Below are positions 1 through 12,043 of a stretch of DNA of 64,000 bases, one piece after another. The position numbers were made by a program, and so were the translations under genes. Origin of the DNA: Utricularia gibba (taxonomy: Eukaryota > Plantae > Magnoliophyta); the NCBI GenBank assembly GCA_002189035.1, contig CM007992.1, positions 1,798,001 through 1,862,000 on the forward strand, in the 5' to 3' direction. The notes beneath the pieces are model-generated. The model saw nothing but the letters and a program-made list of their open reading frames with translations. It was not told where the DNA came from and made no database searches. Position 1 is the first letter of the stretch; the number at the start of each line of letters is the position of its first letter.

Positions 1-1607
1 TGTATTCTGCTTCAATTGTGAATTCTATATCAGTTTGTTTTTTGAGTTCCAAGTTATCTCTGTAGAGGCAAAGTTGAACAAGTATTTTCTGGTGGTTTGA
101 AAATCTTTAGCAATGTTTCAATCAACATAACTATATAATGCTTTGTTGCTTTTTTCGCAAAGCAATTTGTAGGTCATTGTTCTTGCTATGTATTTGAGCA
201 CACCTTTTCCACATTGCAAATGATTCTCTATGGGATAGTGCATGAATTTGAACAAGAAGCTGATAGCAAACATGATATTAGACCTTGTATTAGTTTAAAA
301 CATGAGACATCCAACTAATGACCTATAGAGCATATGATCAATAGCTCTTCCATTTTCTGATAGCACAAATTTGAAGTTTTGGAGGACAGGAAATTTAATA
401 AGAGAGCATTTCAAGAAGCCAAAATTTCTAAATAGATTTTTCGTGAACTTGGTTTGAGAGAAAAAAGATCTCTTTTTTTAATCATGCAAACTCCATCTCT
501 AGATATTGGTGCATTAGAACAAGGTTTTTCATCTCAAACTGTGTTTTCAGAAGCTTTTTGAATTTATCAATCATAGGTAGATTTTATTGTGATCATTATA
601 TCATCTACATAAGTGACTATAGTTAAAGTATCTTGAGCATGTGTCTAAAGCATGAATAATATTGCTTTATTCTTGTTCTTCTCAAAAAAAAAAAAATTTA
701 CAACAATTTTTGTTCTAGTTTTTCATACTAAGCATGAAGAGTTTGTGTTGCCATACAATGCTTGTGCAAGAGGCATGCCTTGTTTTTAGAAGCTTCAAAG
801 ACAAGAGTCTAATTGCCATAAATATATTTTCGTAGGTCTCCATTCAAAAACACAGGTTTAGGATCTGTTTGATGGATTTTCGAATTCTGTTTGATGGTTT
901 AAGGTCTGACATGTCTCATAATATGAGACCTTGCTACTGATTCAAATATGTAATAGTAACTATATAATATTCTTAAGTCCTTTGATAGCTAACTTTGCCA
1001 TATGTGTCAAATATGACAAACCTTGCCATGTCCCATTTGTGTTTGTATTGATTTTGAACACACATTTTTTATCCTATGATGTTGGGTCTATTTGATGGAT
1101 CAACTAGACATGATGTTTTATGCTTCTGATTCATTCTAAGTTACTTCTCCATGGCTTCTCTCAAGTGAGTTTGTTGTAGAGGCTCATTGACATTTTTGTG
1201 ATTGAAAAGTTGCAATAGCCACGTTTACATACTCAACAATATGTGAGAGTGATATGGTTCTTAGTAATGGAGTTGTACTTGTGGATATATGACTTTCTTG
1301 ACTATCTATTGAATAGGTTAGATCATAAACCTCATTTTGAAGGCGTGTGTTTGGATAGATATTATCATTGCGACCATTAAGGAAAAAATCCTAAGGTGAG
1401 TAGAGATTGCTTTGGTGAAGAGTTTAATGTGAGACTTGATAAAAATACCAATGAGTGAGCAATTATCTAGTTTATAACTTTTCAATTGGTATAAAAGATG
1501 TAAGTTATTGATGAAAAACTCTAAAATGACCAACTACTGGTGTCTTACGATGCCAAGCTTCATATGACATTCGTGGCTTCATGCCATCAGTAGATGTATT
1601 GTCCTTA
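1..1607 (-). mobile_element. Degenerate Ty1/copia retrotransposon internal region (integrase C-terminus, RT, RNase H), left part
   Basis: Minus-strand translation shows decayed copia motifs in the correct order: SYEAWHRKTPVVGHFRVF (about 1510-1565), KPVFLNG (about 840-860), ALYG (about 750), YVDDIMIT (about 590-615), YSYVD (about 120-135), KQT..EAEY (about 1-50). Many stops and frameshifts. Confidence 0.85.
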
Positions 1608-1866
1608 GGCCGTATTTGGTAGTAGTTTTAGTAATACTGGTATAATTTATACCAGATAAAAATTATCCCTCCTATCAGTATACATTATGTTTGGTAGTAT
1701 GAAATTTATGGATTGGAATAAGATATCCCATGAGTTGTTTGGTAGATATATATTGGATTACTTTTTACAGATTTTGAACAAAGACATTTTTACCCTTCTA
1801 CATTTTTTTTTTTGAGTAGGGTTCTTGGCTTCGGCTCTTCAATCATTCTCCAATTTTCTGTGCGAA

Positions 1867-3196
1867 ATGAGCACGTTCCACACAGAGAACAACAATGGTC
1901 AATCGAAATCAAAACGCGGGTGGAGCGTTGAAGAAGAACGTCTTCTTGTTATCGCTTTCAAGGATATTATTGACAATGGGTGGAAGAGTAAAAATGGTTT
2001 TAGAAATGGGTATTATGTAGCTCTTGAGAAGATGATGAAGAAACGCAAACCCACTTCAACTTTGACAGCTATTACACACATTTCTTCGAAAATCAAGATC
2101 TGGAAAAAGGAATACTACATGATCATGGACATTCTTTCTCAATCGGGAATAGGGTGGAATAGCACAACAAGGATGTTAGAAGCACCGGATGAGATATGGG
2201 ATGAACTGGTATTTTCTAAGAAAGTTCCTACTTTTATTAGTTTGTGACTATTAAGAATCCATTCTGCTAATTATTTGGGAATCGTTGCTGATATGAATTA
2301 GTTTAATCATATGGTTTTTGTAATTGTTTTAGAATCCATTTTATGGGAGTTCTTACATTTTTTTACATATTACTTGTTGTAAGTGTCTGAGAAAAGCTAT
2401 TGCGAGTGTTGAATTTTGTTTTTAGGCAACCATCAAGGGAGTAAAAGGCTTGAGAAATAAGGTATGGCCTTTTTATGAAGATTGGGTAGAGATTTTTGGA
2501 ACAGATCGTGCTACCGGGAAAGATGAAGTTGCTCATGAGGAAGCTGCCAACCGTGCATCCACTGAAGTCGAAGGCAATGACTATCATACCAATATGAACA
2601 ATGAACCAGAATCACCAACAACTCAAATACCAGCTTTTGTGCCAATTTCAGAAGCCGAATCATCTGCTCTTAATGATGATGCTGGTGAGAACAGTGTAGG
2701 GTCACACAAGAGGAAATTTAACAAGAGACAAAGAGATGATGAATTTATTGGAGAACTTATTGGAGAATTAAAAGCAATGCGTAAAGGATTAGATGCTATC
2801 ATTGAACTTATACAACAAAAATTGATGGCACCTGTTGATGCTCAATTAAAGCAACAAAATGAGGCTATATCCATCTTTCGTAAAATGGACATGTTACTGA
2901 CACCCATTCAGATTGTGCATGTGTCTCAGGTATAGTCTTACACAACTCTCATCATTTTTAATATCCCTATTGACAGATAATTAAATCGGTTTTCTTATGT
3001 TCAGCTTGTGTTGAAGATGCCTGCGGACGTGCAATTGTTTTTGTGCCTCTCAGATGATGAGCGCAGAGCATTGGTCCAACAATCAGGGAATAGGTTTTAT
3101 CAATGGTGCAATATTTTTTTGGGCACCAATTATCCATTGGTGCTCTTCAAGACCATGGAAATGATTAGTTCATCTGACTTCTTACATGCACCATAG
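1867..3196 (+). CDS. PIF/Harbinger ORF1, Myb/SANT-like DNA-binding protein; predicted exons 1867-2208, 2426-2929, 3005-3196
   Basis: RGWSVEEERLLV...NGWKSKNGFRNGY...SKIKIWKKEY...SGIGWNSTTRMLEAPDEIW and LRNKVWPFYEDWVEIFGTDRATG are typical PIF ORF1 motifs. GT-AG boundaries join the three exons in frame. The true C-terminal end is uncertain. Confidence 0.8.
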
Positions 3197-3780
3197 ACAT
3201 TATATAGTTTTGAAACATCATAGTTTTGAGGTCCAAAAAATATATATATAGAGCTGTCAATGTAGATAACAACTTCCCCTGGTTCAAGTGGTGTATCATC
3301 CATTATCTTTTTGTTTTCTTCAGTTGACAAACATCTTGACTCCTAAAACTAAAACATAATAACAGGTTCGCATGAAAATTCATAAAAGTAGACCACACTT
3401 GCAGCATAACATCACCCGAAGAATAATGAGTTGAACGTTATCATATTTTCTAAATTTTTGTTATTCTGTTTTACCATATAAATCTATTGAGTTATAGTTC
3501 AAGAAACAAGTGAACCTAATATATGTTTACATCAAAATTTAATGATTTATTTTTATGTGAATAATACACAACATATATTTCATTCTTGAATAATTACATA
3601 AATTGGAATTTTTTTAATATCAATTTTTGTTTTATTAATCTGTTTTACAATAAAAAACAATGTTCAGCATAAACTGTGATTTATGTATTTAAATTCATGT
3701 ATTAAATTATTTTATATTAACGCTACTTACGAAATAAGTAATTTGGTAAGAGACCAATACACAAATGTGTTGGATACACA

Positions 3781-4112
3781 CAGGCACCCACATGAGCAAA
3801 GGTGGGTGCTTGGAATTTGGTTGCAGACTTGCAAACACCCTCCCGAGGCACCTACATGAGGTAAGTGGGTGTTTGGAAAACTGTCACAAATACCCCTTCC
3901 CAAACACCCATATCAGAGAAGTGTGTGCCTGGAAATGATCTTATCCACTCTTTCCAAACACCCACACAATGCATTATTTTGTAGGTGCCGTCCAACTCTC
4001 TTTCCCGACACCCTCCCGAGTCATCCACATGAGGGAAATGGGTGCCTGAAAATGGTCTTACCCACTTTTTCCAGACTCCCACATAATGCATTATTTTGTA
4101 GGTGCCGTCCAA
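3781..4112. repeat. Array of about 15 degenerate 10-bp motifs (GGGTGYYTGG / CCARRCACCC) in mixed, largely alternating orientation, with an imperfect 117-bp duplication
   Basis: Copies at e.g. 3781, 3804, 3831, 3844, 3867, 3900, 3923, 3954, 4005, 4040, 4071. Perfect stem GCACCCAC...GTGGGTGC at 3784-3809. AATGCATTATTTTGTAGGTGCCGTCCAA occurs at 3968 and 4085. Confidence 0.8.
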
Positions 4113-4374
4113 AGTATAACTAAGGATCGAATGCTAATAAAATTAAAAACTAAGAAATTTTCATATTTATCATATAATTTAATAAACAACATATTTAAAT
4201 TATTTATATTTTTAGTAAACATATGTCATATGATTATAAAAATATTTTTTTTAATTGTTGCATCTCGCATGTTCTCGCGTGCTTAGAAATAAATATGATT
4301 TATAAAAATGCTGATAATAATCTTAAGTTCACTTTGCAATGACATGTTCTACCATGTTTAAAAATAACAAATGT

Positions 4375-5645
4375 TCAATATTGGATATGATAGTTAATAG
4401 AAACACAAAAAACGAATGCATATCTATTCATATACTCATTCCACATAATTGTTGCAAGCTCATCACGCCATGTACACCACCCTGGAGAGGTTTCAACAGC
4501 TTTTATGAACTCACCAACCCCTTACTCAGCAGATTCAGTAAACTTCTCTGACACTTCGGCTTCCAACGGATCATATGCCATATTCATTCTTACGAAATTG
4601 TGTAATAAAGCACAAGCAAAAATAATGCGACTTAGTGTTTGAACTGGATAGTAAGATGCTGACCGAAGAATGGCCCATCGAGTCTTTAAAATTTCCCATG
4701 CTCGCTCAATTACATTTCTCGCTGAGGCGTGCCGCATGTTAAACAACTCTTTCGCATTTTGAGGTACTGAATTTCCAGTACCCCATTCTTTTAAATGATA
4801 ACGTACATTCCGATATGGAGCTAGGAAGCCATCACAATTGGTGTAGCCATTATCGCATAGATAATAGCAAAGTGTAATCACAACATGCATTGTATAGTAG
4901 AATATTTCTGAAAACAGCCTGAAACAATGGAAATTCATGTATGGAAAAACCTTAAAAAATCTTACTAACTTCACAACTAACCTCTACGTACTCGTAGACC
5001 ACCAACTTCCTTCAACAAAACACTTTTAAGTATATGGCTGTCAGCAGCGGATCCTTCCCAACTAGCAAGCATGTAAATAAAATTCATATTTTGATCACAT
5101 ACACCCAAGACATTGAAGGCTATTGTACCTTTTCGGGTTCGATATTTTGACTTATCACACTCAAGCACCCGTGCCTCAATATAGGACTCATCTAAAGAAC
5201 CTAAACAATTCTACACATATTACAAACATTCAACAATGAATAGTTATTAAGATAAACATTGCATAACTAAAAAATGAAATAGTACCTCAAAGAAACGGAA
5301 CCTTGCTGTGGCACTGGTAGTAGTAACAGGTTCACCCTTAACTAACAGCTTATCATGCAGGCATAAAACAGCTGCAAGAACGGCCTTGAAGTGACAGCTA
5401 ATTGTCCATGTCGATCTTTTGAAGGATGAATTTTGAACTCGCATCTTCTTATGATGGTCTAAAATACCTAAGAAAATACAGATTTTCTCACTGATAGTTA
5501 CATACTTCGAGTCACGAAGCCCTGCATAATCACGAAATAGACAACACAATCGTCCAAAGACATCTCGATTCATCCTCAATTCCTCCAAAACTGTGTTGTT
5601 CATGTTGCTAACTAATTCATAGAGATGTTCAATTTGTCTTGGCAT
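4375..5645 (-). pseudogene. PIF/Harbinger DDE transposase (HARBI1-like), disrupted; exons about 5645-5286, 5210-4982, about 4900-4375
   Basis: LRMNRDVF, NCLGSLDESYI (canonical GALDGT), NVLGVCD...WEGSAAD, YYLCDNGY...FLAPYR, FNMRHASARNVIERAW. In-frame TAA at 4522-4524 is followed by the conserved C-terminus WCTWRDELATIMWNE. A further in-frame TAG lies just upstream of 5645. Confidence 0.9.
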
Positions 5646-6458
5646 TTTCGATGTATATGAGTATCGGCATTGCTATCTTGAACCATGAGAACGTAGTCAG
5701 AGCAGCACAATAAGCACAATAATATGAGCAATTTCGAAATTCCTTTGCAACAAATATGCCAATAGCAATAACTGAGCATTCTCATCAATTGATTCCATCC
5801 AAAAAAATAATTTGGGTTTCTACAATTAATTCATCACATATAATAATTAATGCAAGAGATACTATATGCTTATGCGTACACACATCAGGGAACAAAACAA
5901 ACAATCAGAAAATACAAAATGAATATGTTTGCATTATTAAAGAAATTATTCATTCATCTTGGCTACTAACCTTCGATTTTAATGTCTCCAAATGAGTGGG
6001 ACACTGAATGAATACTTTGTTGTGCCGCCGAACAGTCAAAACATGGACCTCAATTACTTGAATTTGAGACCCAACAATGGGTCTACGATCCAAATTTTGC
6101 AAGTCGGTATAGAAAATATTCACAGGTTGACGAAGAAAATCTGTAGATGGAGGAAGAAATTCGTAGGTTGAGGGGAAACAGAATTGTAGGGTTGAAAAAT
6201 AATTTTCCCCCAAATTTAATTCAAGACAAGATGTAGATATATTTATGGGTATTTTAGATTTTTCATAATCAAAAATTTATTCATGTGTAAGATATAAAAT
6301 TAAGGAGAGGTTTTGATGGGGATACTTTTATGACTTATAGAAAGGAAAAAAGTATCCCAGAAAAATTTACTTCTGCTTACCAAACACGTTATTATTATCC
6401 CGCATATTAGGATATCTCATCTTATCCCATGTTATCCTTATTACCAAACACGGCCTTA

Positions 6459-7620
6459 ATGTATATCATAGTGGCTATAACTTCACTCCATAATTTCTTT
6501 GACAATTTCTTCTCTAACATTAGATAGTATGTTATCATCTTATTTTTTCTTTCTACAAGTCCATTGTGTAATGATGATTACAGAAAAATGATGTGGTGTC
6601 TTATCACTTCCTTCTTTAAGTTGATTTTGAATTAATAATACCCTCCCTCTCTGTTTGTATGCACACATTTTATTTTATATCTAAATTATCTTTGACCCAC
6701 ATCTTGGAAGTTCAGGGTAGTATTGCACTTGAAACTTATGTTTCATGTAAGAAATCTAATAGAAATGAGACATATCATTATTAAAGTTGACAAAATACTT
6801 GTTTCACCAGAGGACTCCACCCTCATGAATAATAATGATGTGGTCTTAAATGACTAATTTACAATCTCTTCATCCTACATTTATTATTCAACAAAGGTGT
6901 CGAGTGCAGTTTGTTCTGTAGGTAGTTTTGCTCATGAAAATCATTACCGGAGGCATCGATGTACCTGGGTTTTCAGATCAGTTTGAGTTTTCTTAATTAA
7001 GGTTCTTAGAGGTTTATTAATTTTAGATTTCTTTTGAAGTTTGCTGCAATTTTTTTCTAGATAGAATGACTTTTTTGTGTTTTTTCATTTCATTTAAATT
7101 CTCTATTCCCATTTTTCATATTGATTGTATGATCATGAAGGAGTGAGGTGCAGGACAAAGAGCACCTCAGACTGCTAAAGAATATTTCAATATGAGACAC
7201 TCATCAGCGAGAAACGTCATTGAAAGAGCTTGAGGCTTGATGAAAATGCGATGGGGGATCCTTTGAGGTGCTAGTTTCTACCCTATTAGGACAACAATGT
7301 GCATAATCATAGCATGTGCATTGTTGCATAATTTTATTCGCAAATAGATGAGATCTGATCCGTGGGAGATGGAGATGCCTGAAGAATTTCAAAATATAGA
7401 TGCTGATCTTGCATTCAAGGTTGGCAATACTAATCTCCTTGGAGTGGGCATATTCAAGTGAGGCATTGGATGGAAGAACCTCTAGTTACACACCTTTTGC
7501 TTTTAGACTCTCATAGCTTCACCTGCAATCAATGTAAGGAAGTTTATACAACATAATGGTCATCAATAAACTTCCACACAACTTCTGATTAAATGGCATC
7601 TATGACAATCTTGCTTTGAT
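6459..7620 (-). mobile_element. Continuation of the degenerate copia (integrase core 6459 to about 6960; gag N-terminus about 7480-7620)
   Basis: In frame with 1-1607 across the PIF-A TSD. NGLVERKNK at about 6550-6575. gag-like VVWKFIDDHY at about 7550-7585. Confidence 0.7.
7125..7420 (+). pseudogene. Orphan PIF/Harbinger transposase C-terminal fragment
   Basis: Translates as PQTAKEYFNMRHSSARNVIERA*GLMKMRWGIL...IIACALLHNFIRK. No TIRs found around it. Confidence 0.8.
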
Positions 7621-9367
7621 ATGTATTTTAAAAAAATAGAGAAAACAATGAATGTAATTAAATGAACACAACACTCAGGCTTGTGAATTTTGTTCCATAG
7701 GCTGATCAATTTGTTGTTTTATTGATAAGAAATGAGGCTATGTTGTCAACATAGAAAACGGAAATAAATTAGGCATAAATAGCAACTAAGGCATCGTTTG
7801 GTAGTGTTGATAAGGGCTCAAATCACGTGTGTTTGAAAGTTATAGATGTTTGATAGGAATGTATTTAAATCAATCATGAGTTGCAAAACAAATCCACAAC
7901 ATGCATAGTTCAGCATTTAAAATCCAACCTCAAATATGAGTTTCGTAATTCACGCAAGGAGTTGCCCATTTTATCTCTTTCATTAAAGATATCTCCACAT
8001 TCATTCTGTCTTGTTTCACATTCTTCCAAATCCAAATTACGTGCACAAATCCTTTAGAGCAGTTTTAGAGAATACAAAGACTATGTGAAATCCTTCCTTG
8101 TAAGGTTTCATCTACTGGATCTTGTAGGCAATAAACCGACTTTTAGGTAAGTCTTCTACTCAATACTTCCTTTATGAGAAGTTGTGATTTTCTTTGAATC
8201 ATGCTTCATCTTTGCTCATGGGTTATTGAATTTTAAGTCCAATTGTTCCAATTGTGACATGGGTTGTGGGAATTAATGATTTTTTGTTGAATCATATTTT
8301 ATCTTTGCTTAAGGATTGTTCAATTCTGAGTCCAATTTACCCAACTTTGACATATATTGTGTACAATTGTTGAAACTTCTAAGATTTATTATTGATTTCA
8401 TGGAGTATTTCATGTTAGGTTTTTGTTGCTTGTGTATTTTATGATGGTTTCGAAAGAAGTGAAAGTTGTCATTCTTATAGTTGTGCAAACTATAGGTGAG
8501 TAGTGATATATGTTTAGTTGTATAGTTAGTAAGGTTGGGCTGCTACTTAGATGTAAAACAGAAGAAACTTTGTGACTCGTATGTTGAAAAAATATGTAAA
8601 CAAACAGATACCTTAAATCACCTTGTAGTGATATAATGGTGCTTCTCTAGAGATAGTTTGAGTAAATGCATCATTTAGAAGTTATGTAGAGTTTAAATCA
8701 GAAGATATGTTGAAGTGCATGAAATGGTTGTAATGTTTTTTGGAATTTTAGGACATAACAAAAAATCTCGCTACATAAATATATATTTAAGATATCAACT
8801 TTTAATATCTTAAAATACTTTAATCTCATTCTCTTGACTGTTCTTAAGCTGCATCATATTCTCTTAAAAAAGCCTACTTCCAAGACACTCAAAATCGAAA
8901 ATTCAAGTTTTCAAATGTTTTGAGGTTGTGTGTATTTTATTTGTTCTTTGTTTTTATTGGTTTAAACCATTTTATTTTATTATAATATCTCAGAATTGCA
9001 TATGAGACTTAGATGACTTATACTTAAATCTATATGTAAGGATCAAAGACCAACCAAGATTCAAGAACCTAAAGGGTTGTGTTACAAAAATTATACAAAT
9101 CTTCCATATGTTGAGCAGTTGAGGTTAAGTTTCTAAGAAGGGGATTATCCAGAATGTTCGGGTCTGGCTTTACTGGTAGCTCCTAAGCTATAGACTCTCT
9201 CTAGGTAGAATTAAGTCTTGCCCTTCGGACTTACCAATGCCCATCGACTTTCATGGACTTCATGAATAAAGTGTTTCAACCCTACCTGTATGACTTCGTA
9301 GTGGTGTTTATAGATGATATTAGGTTTTTGTTGCTTGTGAATTTTATGATGGTTTTGAAAGATGTTA

Positions 9368-9935
9368 TGATGAGATCATGGATGCTATAGATTATCCCAA
9401 TGAAGATAAAGGACACAAGATCAATAATCATTCATTGATTTCAGTTGGGCCAATCACTAGATCAAGAGCAAGAAGGAATCAAGAAGTGCTTAAGAGCTTA
9501 TGGGCCAATCAACCAAGCTATGAGGTGTTAGGCATGGAATTCAACATTCTCAAAGTGCATCAACTTGATTAGAGAAGGTCCATTACTACCAAATACATTA
9601 TTATTACTATTTTTCCTCTAATAAGGCCCAATCTTTCGTCTATTTAAGAAGGCCTTACTCATGTTTTGGACAACTTTGATTGTAATCACTTTTGAGAGCT
9701 ATTCTCCTTCCTTGAGTTCTTGTAGAACTTAGACTTATCAAGCCTTGCTTATGGTGTCTATTGTGTGGTTTATCACTCCCAATTCCTTCCTTGATTCTGT
9801 GAGTTTGGTACCATTTCATAGTTTGGGTTGCAAGGATCTTTCAATCTTTGAGGGCCAACTTCTTTTTTTTGAGGGATTGCTTCTTTCAACCAAGATCTGG
9901 TTTGCCAATCACTTGTTGATTGGAGGGTCGTATCA
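9368..9935 (+). mobile_element. Solo LTR of a CRM-clade chromovirus, 568 bp
   Basis: Termini TGATGAGA...GTATCA. TSD TGTTA (9363-9367 and 9936-9940). Encodes GPITRSRARRNQE, resembling the CR motif that in CRM group A elements is read into the LTR. Confidence 0.85.
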
Positions 9936-10651
9936 TGTTAGAATTGTTTTTCTTGTAGTTGCAGAAGCTATAGCTGAGTAGTGATATATGTTTAGTTGTA
10001 CAAACATACAGTTGAGTAGTGGTTTCCTTTAGATCATACTGCAACGGTTCAAGGAGAAGTAACTATACACCAAGGCAATTAAATGTGAGTTTTCCCTGGA
10101 AAGTATGAGGAAAAAAATGGAGGAGAAATTGGAAAAATGATTATCTTTTCATTGAGTGAGTGCAATATTTATACAAAATATTTTCTAATACCAAAATCTA
10201 ATCCTATATACAAGCTACGGTTACAACTAAACTTTATCTATGGGGATATATAATGCAACGTACCCCCTCAAGATGCATCATCTTGAACCAAAACTTGAAA
10301 ATGTATGAGATGTAGAAGTTGCGAGAGTCGTTCAAAGGTGTTGGCCGGTAAAACTTTAGTCAAAATATCTGCAAGGTGACTCTTTGAAGGCACATGCTTT
10401 GGAACCAAGAACCCCTTCTCATAAGTTTCACGTACAATGTGGCAGTCTATCTCAATATGTTTAGTTTGCTCATGGAATACTAGATTTTGTATAATATAGA
10501 TGGCTGATTTGTTATCACAAAATAATGAGATGGACCCTTGTACCGAAATCCTGCAAAAGGGATGCTAGCCATTGTAGTTCCAATGTGGCAGGTGCCATGC
10601 TATGATATTTAGGCTCAATAAGGACTTAGAAACAATCAACTGCTTTTTAGA

Positions 10652-12043
10652 TGATTACACAGATTTTCTCTGAATTTTATAATACAAAATGGTTATATTT
10701 TATTGTGGTTTAGGTTAGGTAAATGTAGTTTTTTATGTTTATGTGGTGTTTATGTTAATTTTATGTGATTATGATGAAAAGTGGACTAAATCCTTCCATT
10801 TAGTCCACCATCTTTGTGCTAATGTTTGACTGAATTCATTAGGGAGATCAGCAAAAAATCAGACTCAAAAATGTGTGGGGCAAGTATAAAAGGGCATAGC
10901 AGTCAAAGAGGGTCAAAGAGCACTGTTCTGCTGCCTGCAGTTTGCAATTTCAGGTCGAGAACAGTGCTGGTGTCAGGAACAGTGCGTTCGAGTAAAGGAG
11001 GGAAGATAATTTTCGAAAAAGGGGAGAGAGAACGAGGTAGCGGGGAGAGCACACGCAGAGGGAGACTTCTCCTCTTCGCCAACACGAAGAACATCAACTA
11101 GGAGAGGAGTAGACGAGCCTCATCCTCAAGAATAGCATCAGAGCCCAGTCCAGCACTATTATTCCGGGCCGTAAACAGTAGCAACCGGGCAACATAACAT
11201 TCTGCATTTCCTTTTCGTTTTCTGAACGTTTCAAGTTTCAGTATTTGACTTGCTTATAATGTTTCTGTCATTTTCGCCACATTATCTAAATGAAATGATG
11301 TCTTATTTTCCAAGCATGGTGGTGTGTGTTTAGGGATGTCTTAAGGTAAAGTATGGTGGTGTGTGTTTAGGGTTAATAATGAAATTTATGTTTGTTTCTT
11401 AGATTTTGTTTCTATCAATCCATGGGTAGACCTAAAGAGGGGAATAAGTAGTTTCACAACTTAGATGCTCGATTTAGAGGTCGACTAACAAATCGAGGTG
11501 GGAGTATTAGGTGTTAGTTCGAGGTAAAATGAGTAGAACCGGGTAGACCTAGTTCTATATGCTTGCATGCGGGTAGACCTAATTGCAAATGTTGTTTATA
11601 ATATTAGGGACTAGCTTAACCGAAAATATGATGAATGACCTAGGTAGACTTAGGTTATTTGAATTCGTGAGTGTGGGAACATGGTAAATTGAGTTAGGCA
11701 CTTTAGCATCACACCACGTGCAGATCCTTAAGGCATCTTCGTATTACTCTGAGTTAGAACTAGTACTTTGTTACCTTTAGCGTTGAGACTTGATATTGTC
11801 TATTGATCTTGTTTACTGAATTTGTTTGCCATTGTTAGTCCGAGCCTAGACTAAGACTTACCGTTACTTTGAATTCCACATCTGCTAAAATACATGACAA
11901 GCACAAGCTCCTTGTGATCGGCCCCGAATTCCACTGTAGACTTTGAGTCTAATTTGTATTTAGTGAGGATTAGGGACTATAAATTTATTTGATACAAAAA
12001 TTTGGTTTAATTGTAACGATATTGCTAAAATTTTCATTTATCA
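10652..12043 (+). mobile_element. Athila-like solo LTR 1, 1392 bp
   Basis: TGATTACAC...TTTATCA. TSD TTAGA (10647-10651, 12044-12048). Removal restores host RNase H FSWKSKKQLIVSKS. Shares blocks with the 14522 LTR. Lineage call rests on size and termini only. Confidence 0.85.

Larger units (their letters stand above)
1608..6455. mobile_element. PIF/Harbinger DNA transposon (PIF-A), 4848 bp
   Basis: 14-bp TIRs GGCCGTATTTGGTA (1608-1621) and TACCAAACACGGCC (6442-6455), one mismatch. TTA TSD at 1605-1607 and 6456-6458. Convergent Myb/SANT-like ORF1 (+) and DDE transposase (-). Removing the element restores the copia integrase frame (WSEVIATMIYIK-DNTSTDG). Confidence 0.95.

Noticed and set aside
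3781-4112. CRISPR-like array (palindromic repeats with spacers)
   Set aside because: Plant nuclear context inside a PIF element, no cas genes, irregular repeat orientation and period, and spacers that are themselves duplicated.
9077-9092. GGGTTGTGTTACA as the 3' end of a Tekay-type LTR
   Set aside because: The sequence reads in frame as PIF-B transposase (DQPRFKNLKG.VT) and no matching LTR start was found.
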